Positions 55,803 to 64,000 of a stretch of DNA of 64,000 nt are shown in pieces. The notes under the pieces were generated by a model. It was not told the origin of the DNA and made no database searches. It saw only the letters and a program-made list of their open reading frames with translations. The translations under genes and the position numbers were made by a program. The DNA comes from Histomonas meleagridis 2922-C6/04-290x (taxonomy: Eukaryota; Protista; Parabasalia), in assembly GCA_020184695.1 (NCBI GenBank), contig JAANOX010000236.1, positions 1 through 64,000 on the forward strand, written 5' to 3'. Position 1 is the first letter of the stretch; each line of letters opens with the position of its first letter.

Positions 55803-56717
55803 ATGATTTTCCTGTTTTACTCAACTATTCTTTGCATTTGCACAGAAACAGTTCATGCTGGAAAAGGGTTTCACCATTATTCATTTGAAACAAATGATAA
55901 TGACATCATATGCATTAATATTACTTCAGTACCATTATATATTCTATTTTATTCATATGATGAAAATTCAATATACCGCCAATATGTTATGAGTTCAAGC
56001 GGGAAATCTGATTATAAAATTACTCAAACAGAAATAATATATTTAAAAAATCTAAAATACATTCAGAGCTTAATTGATGATGTTGAAATCGAAACTCCAA
56101 CTGGTACCACATTGTCTTTTACACTTGTTTCTGTTCCTGGAATGTGTGATGGCGGATTTTATTTTTCAACTTATCCATCAAATCAGATTTCTTTTTCAAC
56201 TTTTGATCCTTCTGAATTCTATGCTCTCGGGTACCTATCAGATAAATGTATTTTATTTGGTTCGCCAGATATTCAAAATATCACAATTTCATTTTCATCA
56301 AATAGCGAAGAAAACCAATTATATGTTTACAAAGATTTTTATAACTTTGAATCCACACCAAAAGATGATTACATAAAATACACGTCTACCACAGATTCGC
56401 CTCTTTTGTTACGTATAATTTGTAACTCTGAAAACCCAAGCGTGCTTGCTAGTGTTCAAATGGAAACGAGTATAGATTTAGCCTACATTCAATATGAGAA
56501 TGAGTTCAAACCGAATAAAACTGAATCAATTTGTAAAACAGACGAAAATTGGAGGGAAATAAACTTTCTGAATATTTTCCTCATAGCTCTTTGTGTAACA
56601 TTGCTTTTCCTCATAGTCCGTAATTTTATTTATTGCTATGAGTCAAAAATGCGCAATGAGAATTTGGATCCAAACTCAATAATGTTCCAAAGCCTACGAT
56701 CAGGAAATGGTATTTGA
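55803..56717 (+). CDS. Predicted type I membrane protein of unknown function
   Basis: Signal-like N-terminus (MIFLFYSTILCIC) and C-terminal TM (FLNIFLIALCVTLLFLIV). Confidence 0.7.
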   Translation: MIFLFYSTILCICTETVHAGKGFHHYSFETNDNDIICINITSVPLYILFYSYDENSIYRQYVMSSSGKSDYKITQTEIIYLKNLKYIQSLIDDVEIETPTGTTLSFTLVSVPGMCDGGFYFSTYPSNQISFSTFDPSEFYALGYLSDKCILFGSPDIQNITISFSSNSEENQLYVYKDFYNFESTPKDDYIKYTSTTDSPLLLRIICNSENPSVLASVQMETSIDLAYIQYENEFKPNKTESICKTDENWREINFLNIFLIALCVTLLFLIVRNFIYCYESKMRNENLDPNSIMFQSLRSGNGI

Positions 56718-56876
56718 TATTTAAACGGAGAAACTTATATTTAAATAAACTATTATATGTGTTTTAACAATTAAAAAAATTGATTAACTTTTTGTACTTA
56801 AAAACCTCCAAATTTTCGGTTGAACGCCATGACATTTTTTTTCATTGTAAAAGTGGTGATTTAACGTACTCCCATA

Positions 56877-57884
56877 ATGGAGCCAAACCAAGATGAAGAA
56901 CCTGCTCAAGTTCCAAATGAAGTACCACCACCAACTGAATGGAACCAAGTTTGTAAATGCCTTTGTTGCAAAGTGGCCAAAGTTCCTTCGTTAAAGTCAC
57001 TTTATATTAATCAATGGCAATGTAAAATTAATATTAGTCAAATTACTATGTTGGGTGCTAACGTCATCTGTTATGTTTTTTCCATGATTACAATTCCAAA
57101 TTTTTCAATTGAGTGGGTGAAAATTCCATTTTATGTTCTATTAACATTCTTTGTCTTTATGTATTTTCTTTGTTACTTTATGACAATGTTTTCTAATCCT
57201 GGGTATGTTTCTTATACTTGGGATTCTGATCGAAGAAGCCCATTTAATTATTCGTATGAAGAACTTATGGATGGAATTATCACTACAGATGAACAACTTA
57301 ATTATGTCAAGTCACATCGAGTTCCATCACGTTCACGACTTTCTGGCAAAGCACATCGTCTCGTCGTTAGAGCAGATCACATTTGCGGGTGGGTTGGCAA
57401 TTGGATTGGACTCATGAATCATCGATATTTCATCCAAATGTTATTTTGGGAGACATTATCATTTCTTACATTTTATCTCATAACAATTGCGACCATTGTT
57501 AATGTTGTCAAATATGGCTGGAAAAAAGAGTATTATTATATCATCATGTTTATTTTAGGCATTTTATCATTACCTGAGTTTTATTTTAATTCTGTGATGA
57601 TGATTAGCCAATTTACAAATGTAACATTAAACAGAACATCATTAGAAAAAAGTAAAGCGAAAAAACTTCGAAAAGAAGGCAAAAAAGAAGAAATGACTGA
57701 CTATGACATCGGATGCATGAGAAATTGGAGCCAAGTAATGGGGCCAGAAAAGTTTTGTCCAATTTGGATGTTCCCTTGTCCTTATGGATATGTTGTCGAC
57801 GGATTGACATATCCGAAGAAGGGAAAGACGCCATATGACCCAATATTACAGGACAACGAAAAAAGGAATGATTTTGATGCGTGA
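56877..57884 (+). CDS. DHHC-family palmitoyltransferase-like protein (DHIC variant)
   Basis: Four TMs, NPGY, RADHICGWVGNWIGLMNHRYF, and TTxE-like NRTSLE. Confidence 0.85.
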   Translation: MEPNQDEEPAQVPNEVPPPTEWNQVCKCLCCKVAKVPSLKSLYINQWQCKINISQITMLGANVICYVFSMITIPNFSIEWVKIPFYVLLTFFVFMYFLCYFMTMFSNPGYVSYTWDSDRRSPFNYSYEELMDGIITTDEQLNYVKSHRVPSRSRLSGKAHRLVVRADHICGWVGNWIGLMNHRYFIQMLFWETLSFLTFYLITIATIVNVVKYGWKKEYYYIIMFILGILSLPEFYFNSVMMISQFTNVTLNRTSLEKSKAKKLRKEGKKEEMTDYDIGCMRNWSQVMGPEKFCPIWMFPCPYGYVVDGLTYPKKGKTPYDPILQDNEKRNDFDA

Positions 57885-58212
57885 TAGAAAGGATTTTTAT
57901 TAATAAAAACATATTACGAAAAATAATTATTTCATTTGCAATTAAAATACGCATTTATTTAATTTCATCTGTTATTGATTTATATCTAATGAATATCATT
58001 AAGTCATTCATAAATAAAATCGAATATCGAAACATTATTTGTTTCTGAAATACTAATACAGATGCAATTGTAAAATATAATATTTTATTTTGAAGGAAAT
58101 ATTTATAATAGAAGTGTATTATTTTATATTCAGCATTAGTTAAAAAATATTAAAAAAATTTGATAAATTTTTAGGTTACAATATTAGGTAAATCTTACTT
58201 AAAATTGTTTAT

Positions 58213-59402
58213 TTATAATTCACTTTTAGTATCAGTTCCATTATTTCCGATTATCCACTTGACAATCAAATCAACGGTATAAGGATTATTTAATATTCCC
58301 ATATGATTAAAATTCCTATTGTTTTTCTTCACATCCATGCATTTAATTTTTGACCAATTTTTACATACCCATTCGGCACCTTTTGAAGTTACACTATTAT
58401 CGCCACTTGTTACCAAAGACTTACCATTAGTTTCATTAAACCCAAATTCAGTTCCAATTTCACTATTATAAATTATGAAGGTTTCAATTTCATAATCTTT
58501 CGGTAATTTCTTTGATATACCTATACTTGTTCTCATTATATTTTTTTGTTCCTCAGTAAACTCAGGATGTTTCTCGAAATGTTCTATCACCTCATTAGCT
58601 TTAACAGTTTTATCATTAAAAGAAAGAAGAGTTTGATTCGAAAAGAAAATTTCGTTTGGTAAAAGATCATACATTACTGGAAGCGAACGAAGAAAATTCG
58701 AAATTTTCCTATTTTTAATCAAACGTAACTTAGGGAACATTCCGTAATGAAGAATTGGTACATTATATGCACCTGATAATGCAGGTGATACAAATAAAAT
58801 TTTACCAATGAATTTATCTCTCCATTCTTTAGTAACTTTCTCATTAAGAAAATACAAAATCATTTGTGCACCATATGAATGACCGATAATGACTGCCTTC
58901 GAATTGTTATTTAAGAAAACTGATCTTTCAATAAGATCTTTAGTTCTATCCCAAAACGTGTCATCAATATGAATACCCATCCTCCAGTCGTGTGGAAGGC
59001 CAAACAATTGTTTCCCTTCTTCGTATCCTTGAGATTGGAATTGATGAATTATTTCGGTAAATGTTTTCCTTGCGTTAATACCAAGTGGTAAAGTAGCTAA
59101 TGTTTCAACACCTTTTAATCCTCCAAAGTCAATACCATCAAATTGAACACCTTTCATAGATTGTGGTTTATTTTTTCTTCATCAAATTTCACACATCCCA
59201 TACTTACGTAACAAAAAAATCGTGGAGGTATCATTTGTAGAAAGTTAAAGAAGAAATTTACGTTTTTCCCACTTTTTGGGCAATACCATGGAAGTGATGA
59301 AGAATCCAATTGATACGTTGCATTTAGTTTGTTTCCTGCAAAACCGGGCATGAAAAATATTGGCTTCTTAGAGAAAAATAAAAAAGTTAAAAATTCAAAC
59401 AT
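58213..59402 (-). CDS. LCAT/group XV phospholipase A2 family lipase, split by a 1-nt frameshift near 59170
   Basis: KPIFFMPGFAGNKL in ORF 59154-59402; LFGLPHDWR, IIGHSYGA, GDNSV and HMGIL in ORF 58213-59157. One extra A in the A6 run joins the two. Confidence 0.85.
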
Positions 59403-59456
59403 TTTACAAAAAAATTTTAAGTTGTTCTATATAACGTAGTAAACGGTCGCCATCAC

Positions 59457-61052
59457 TTACAAGTTATTTAAGAAATTTTCCTCTTTGAAGTCATCCGAAA
59501 ATGGATCTTCTTTGATGGCAATCATTGTTTTATTATTACAGATTGTGTTAACAGAAGAAGTATCATTTTGGTTACTACTTTCTTCATGTAATTCACTTAA
59601 TTTGTTTTTACGTCGAATTATTATTATTAAAATTATCACTAAAACTAAAATTATCACAACAATAATTACACAGACAACAATTATTGTAACTGTGCTGTCG
59701 GAGTCGTTTGTCGTTGTTTTATCTTTGATAAATAATGTGAAATAATCAGAATATAAACTATAATATGTTGTGTATTTGATAACTGTATACTCATGGAAAA
59801 TAATTAGTGTTTGGATATATGAATGAGTGAGACTAATGACAGTAAATGTTATTGTGTTTGTGATTGTGTTATGGAATGTTAGCGTTTGTGTTATTGCTGA
59901 AAGAAATGTTAAAATAAGAGAAAAAGAAATCGTTGTTTCAAATGGAAATGAAAATGTGCTAAATGCAATGAAATTTGATTTAGTAAATGTATTAAATTGT
60001 GCGAATGAATCTGATTTAGAAAATGTATTTGATTTAGAAAATGTATTCAATTTCGTGTATTTATTCGATTTAGAAAATGTATTTGATTTGGTGAAAGATT
60101 TTGACTTAGTGAATGTATTTGATTTAGAAAACGAATTTGATTGTGAAAATGTGAGTGTTGAGAAAGGCGAACACCCTTCAGTAGTTGTATCTTTGCTGGC
60201 AGTCAGATTTCCAAAACTTACACCTGTATATTCATTTAATACCATAACAGGTGCAAATACATTTCGAAAAGCATTTTCTCCAATGTCTGGTTCTGATTTT
60301 CCATAAAAATAAATGCAATTCAGATTGATGCAATTAGTAAATGCTTCTTCCTCAATTAAAGTAACTGATTTAGATATGGAGAGAATACTTAAATATGTAC
60401 ACTCGCTAAATGCCCTACTTTCAATTGTTTTAACATTGACTTCCAAAATAATTGTTTCTAATCTCTTACACTCATAAAACGCTTCAATACCAATATTTTC
60501 TGCATTGATAACAAGTGTTTCTATGTTATCACAACCTTCAAATATACTTCTATCAAGTGTCTTAATACCAGATCCAATCGAAATTGATTTTAAGCTTTCA
60601 CAATGAGAAAATACTCTATTCTTAATCTCAGTAACGGAGTCTGGAATAGTGATGTTTGTTAAAGCTGTGCACTCATAAAATGCTTCTTCTTCGATTTCAA
60701 CAACAGAGTCTGGAATCATAATTTCGATTAAAGATGCACACCTACGAAATGCACGTCCTTCAATTGTTTGAACATTTTCCCCTAAAGTTATTTTGGACAA
60801 ATTTCTGCATTCATAAAAAGCTTCTTTCATTATTGTAAGAACTGAACTACCAATATGTAAATATTCAATGTTCCATTGTTTAAAAAGTTGTTCTGGGATT
60901 ATTTGAATATCAACATAGAGACATTTTGTGGATTCCTTGTATAAACCAAAATCAATTGAAATATTATTTTCATCTAGAATAAGTATTTCTTCCGCTTTGC
61001 AATCATTCTGAAATGCATGTGCAAAAAACATAATAATTATGCAATTATTCAT
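59457..61052 (-). CDS. BspA-like (TpLRR) surface protein
   Basis: Signal-like MNNCIIIMFFAHAF, TpLRRs, SKSNTF stalk repeats, TM and DPF.DDF.E tail. Same architecture as 4380-6506. Confidence 0.9.
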   Translation of the reverse strand: MNNCIIIMFFAHAFQNDCKAEEILILDENNISIDFGLYKESTKCLYVDIQIIPEQLFKQWNIEYLHIGSSVLTIMKEAFYECRNLSKITLGENVQTIEGRAFRRCASLIEIMIPDSVVEIEEEAFYECTALTNITIPDSVTEIKNRVFSHCESLKSISIGSGIKTLDRSIFEGCDNIETLVINAENIGIEAFYECKRLETIILEVNVKTIESRAFSECTYLSILSISKSVTLIEEEAFTNCINLNCIYFYGKSEPDIGENAFRNVFAPVMVLNEYTGVSFGNLTASKDTTTEGCSPFSTLTFSQSNSFSKSNTFTKSKSFTKSNTFSKSNKYTKLNTFSKSNTFSKSDSFAQFNTFTKSNFIAFSTFSFPFETTISFSLILTFLSAITQTLTFHNTITNTITFTVISLTHSYIQTLIIFHEYTVIKYTTYYSLYSDYFTLFIKDKTTTNDSDSTVTIIVVCVIIVVIILVLVIILIIIIRRKNKLSELHEESSNQNDTSSVNTICNNKTMIAIKEDPFSDDFKEENFLNNL

Positions 61053-61475
61053 TATGAGAAAAAGAAGATTTTCAAGCTTGATTTCAAAATCAGTTATTTC
61101 AATCAATTGATAAACGGTCGTCATTTAAAAAAAGAACAATTGAAGCATAATTTATAAAGAAATCAATTTGATTAATCAAGACAATGTTAAAGATAAAGCA
61201 TATTCATAAAATACATTCAATTTGCTATGAACAATTAAAAAATAGTTTACAAATTTTATTAAAAAAAAGAAGAAATATTGAAGAAATGCGCTTAAATAAA
61301 ATTCATGGAAAATTAAAAAGTAAGGAATCTTGAACTTTGTGAATTGTTATTGAAAACGAAAAAAGATGATGAGACATTGAGTTTTGAAAATCCAGAAAGA
61401 AAATTTCTATTTAAAAGTGCTTATTTGTAATCCGTAAACTTTAGAACTTAAACGGTTTAAGTCAAATCTCACACT

Positions 61476-64000
61476 ATGGTGTTCAAAGAAGGCGAAATAA
61501 ACTTAATTAGTTTTGCAGAATTTGAACAACCAATCACATACGAATCATGGAAAACATCACGCACGAAATTTATTCCAATTTTAGGACAAACATTATTTCA
61601 GCGGTCTGAATCAGAAATAAATTCTATATTTGAAAGTTGGTATCAACAAATTCAAAAATCAATAACCATTGAACAAACAAAAATTCGTATGAGTGTAATT
61701 ATGGGATTTTCACTTCTACATTATTTTTTGAAAGACATTGCACAATTAAAGAATTCCATTGGAATGATTTATGATTTACTTCGATCTAAAAACAGACTTG
61801 TAGCTCAGTCTTCAGCTCAAGTTTTACATTGGCTTGGACATGAATCATCAGATGCAATAAATCTTTTTAAAGAACCCATTAATTTAGCATTCCAATGGAT
61901 CCATGATCAAAAATCCAATTACTATTATAATGCGTTAATTATTATCAAGAAAGCCAAACGATTTCCTGGACTAGAAATAGCACATCTTATTGTCTTAAAT
62001 CATTCCGAAATCATCGAGTTAGCCTTTTCAGAAGATCGAGAAATCAAACAATTAGCCATTAACAATATATCATATGAGTTACATCAATTACCTAATTCAC
62101 ATCCAATTACATTTCAAGTATTATCAGACTCAGTTAAAGCCATCAACCAAAAGATCACATATCAACTTGAAGGCTCTATTTTAATTCTTAAGCATTTGTT
62201 ATCATTTAATTCTCAAGTTCTTATACCGCATTTACAAAATCTTTCGAATAAATTATCAGAAATTGCATTACTTAATTCCAAAGAAATATCATTAGCAGCT
62301 CAAACATTAATGATTGATATTGCTAAAGTTGATTCAACAAAAATTAGTCGTGCATCGATAAATCGATTATTTCAAAGTTTTATAACTAAATTTAATAAAA
62401 ATGATTCATCGGAATTATTTTTTAATGAACAAAAACGCGCAATTAAAACATTTGGAAAACAAACTCCATTAAAGTTAATACTTGAAAATGTACAAAAAAC
62501 AATTCAAACCAAAAATCGAAACTTAACAGAATTTGCATTTGATATTTTAAAGATAATATTTAAGTTATTTCCAGGCACAACGATTCCAACTAATTTATAT
62601 ATAAATGCTCCAATTAATAAAAGTTATATTCAATGTTTAAAAATCCAAAATTGTATCACAACTGAAATTAAACAATATTTACGTAATATATTACAACATG
62701 GCTTAAATAAAAATTCAAATGCTTATAGTATATCAATATCATTACAATTATCGAAAGCTTTTCCACTTGAATTATTTGACAATTATGAAAATATGTTCCA
62801 AACATTAATACCATTAAAAGAACAATCAGAAGAAAAGATTCGTTGTGAATTAATGGAAACTATTTCTATTATACCATTAATAAAAGCGAAACAATTTTTA
62901 ATAAACTCAGGAATTTATGATCCTGAGAAATCAGTGCGATTAAAAGCTTTAACATTATTAAAGCCTAGTCAAGAAATATCATTAAATTCGGAGCTTTTAT
63001 TAGCAATTAAAGATCCATCATTTAAAGTACGACGAACAGTATTAAAATTAATTGGCAAATTAATTGAATATAATCCTTATGATTATTCATATTCTATTAT
63101 TGAATATGTATCAATAATTATTTCATCGATTAGAAATTTATCAGATATGAAATTAATATCAAAATATTCATCATTATTACCAATTATAGTTAAATATTTT
63201 TGTAATTATATCGAACATTTAATCCCAAATATTATTGATACATGTTTAACATTATTATGTGGAGAAAATATTAATAATCAAATGGAAATCATTAATATCG
63301 ATAGTTATAAAGATCCAAATTCATTTTTATTTAATATTGAACAAAAATCAAAAATTGAACCTAAAAGAACACAAATATTTAAAATGATAATTTCGGAATA
63401 TTTAAATAATCGTGATATTTGTTTAATTAAAACTATTTCAAGTTTAGGGAATCGTATTTCATCATATTTAAATCGAGCATTAGATGCATTTGTACATATA
63501 TTTTCTACACGGAAAAGTAAAAAAGTATTAACAATAGCAATAAAAAGTTTATCAAATTTATCAACAAAAATTGATACAGGTATTAATTTAAGGTTATATA
63601 ATCAACAATTATTACCCATATTATTAAAATTACTTGTACAAAATCAAAATAATAAAGTATCAATTGCTATTATTAAATTATTTGGTACATCATTTGATTT
63701 TATAATTCAACCTGAAGATTCACAACAAATTCAAACAGATTGGGATGTAAATTCGAAGTCATTTTATACTGATTTTACTATTTCACATTTAATTCCATAT
63801 TTTAATAATCCTACAATACATTTATTTGAAGCTGTTACACGTATATATGATTTAGAATCAAAAGATTCCGCAAAATTTGTTAACTTAGTAATACCAATGT
63901 TTATTAAAGGTATTGATACATTTAGTGATCGATATCGTGATTCATTATTTTCAAGTTTAGAAGTTATTACACGTGAATGTCAAATAGAATCAACAGAATT
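61476..64000 (+). CDS. TOR: PIKK-family kinase, TOR-like N-terminal HEAT region; runs off the right edge
   Basis: Frame from ATG 61476 was open in every stretch translated by hand. IYDPEKSVRLKAL...AIKDPSFKVRRTVLKLIGKLIEYNP matches the TOR HEAT segment (D.D..IR...L.D..F..R......G.L...NP). Confidence 0.72.
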   Translation, partial: MVFKEGEINLISFAEFEQPITYESWKTSRTKFIPILGQTLFQRSESEINSIFESWYQQIQKSITIEQTKIRMSVIMGFSLLHYFLKDIAQLKNSIGMIYDLLRSKNRLVAQSSAQVLHWLGHESSDAINLFKEPINLAFQWIHDQKSNYYYNALIIIKKAKRFPGLEIAHLIVLNHSEIIELAFSEDREIKQLAINNISYELHQLPNSHPITFQVLSDSVKAINQKITYQLEGSILILKHLLSFNSQVLIPHLQNLSNKLSEIALLNSKEISLAAQTLMIDIAKVDSTKISRASINRLFQSFITKFNKNDSSELFFNEQKRAIKTFGKQTPLKLILENVQKTIQTKNRNLTEFAFDILKIIFKLFPGTTIPTNLYINAPINKSYIQCLKIQNCITTEIKQYLRNILQHGLNKNSNAYSISISLQLSKAFPLELFDNYENMFQTLIPLKEQSEEKIRCELMETISIIPLIKAKQFLINSGIYDPEKSVRLKALTLLKPSQEISLNSELLLAIKDPSFKVRRTVLKLIGKLIEYNPYDYSYSIIEYVSIIISSIRNLSDMKLISKYSSLLPIIVKYFCNYIEHLIPNIIDTCLTLLCGENINNQMEIINIDSYKDPNSFLFNIEQKSKIEPKRTQIFKMIISEYLNNRDICLIKTISSLGNRISSYLNRALDAFVHIFSTRKSKKVLTIAIKSLSNLSTKIDTGINLRLYNQQLLPILLKLLVQNQNNKVSIAIIKLFGTSFDFIIQPEDSQQIQTDWDVNSKSFYTDFTISHLIPYFNNPTIHLFEAVTRIYDLESKDSAKFVNLVIPMFIKGIDTFSDRYRDSLFSSLEVITRECQIESTE

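Noticed and set aside
59189-59200. GTAAGT donor-like motif in LCAT
   Set aside because: The nearest AG gives an in-frame stop and there is no branch site; a 1-nt indel explains the break more simply.
1-64000. Alternative genetic code (stop reassignment) to explain the broken ORFs
   Set aside because: Conserved genes end normally at TAA or TGA and long ORFs are stop-free under the standard code. Most breaks are frameshifts rather than isolated stops.

Overview
Very AT-rich, gene-dense, almost intron-free eukaryotic DNA. The gene content points to a parabasalid, probably Tritrichomonas/Histomonas-like (inference): BspA/TpLRR surface proteins, Myb, Rabs, two BEACH proteins, ankyrin repeats, a 25-nt trichomonad-type intron and Inr/Myb-element promoters. 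The left end holds a frameshifted non-LTR retrotransposon of the R2/NeSL type (zinc fingers plus RT running off the window) whose first ATG lies 16 nt downstream of a tRNA-Asn gene on the same strand. The rest is mostly housekeeping genes: Rab, PH-AGC kinase, U2AF65-like, PAP2, SERBP1-like, RRM, Myb, PIG-A, Rab2, Hrd1-like RING E3, BEACH, Aurora, tetraspanin, DHHC, LCAT and a TOR N-terminus. There are also several broken loci: a NEK-GTPase fusion, a truncated CDK and a Rab relic. The most unusual signal is at 51.8-54.4 kb. Ankyrin repeats there are split into stop-free coding blocks of exactly 93 nt. The blocks are separated, always at the same codon, by eight 57-89 nt AT-rich spacers that share a ~36-nt 3' consensus, contain stops or shift frame, and have no GT-AG ends. 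These are candidate non-canonical introns. A second candidate is a structured ~255-nt ncRNA with an Sm-like site at ~6975-7230.
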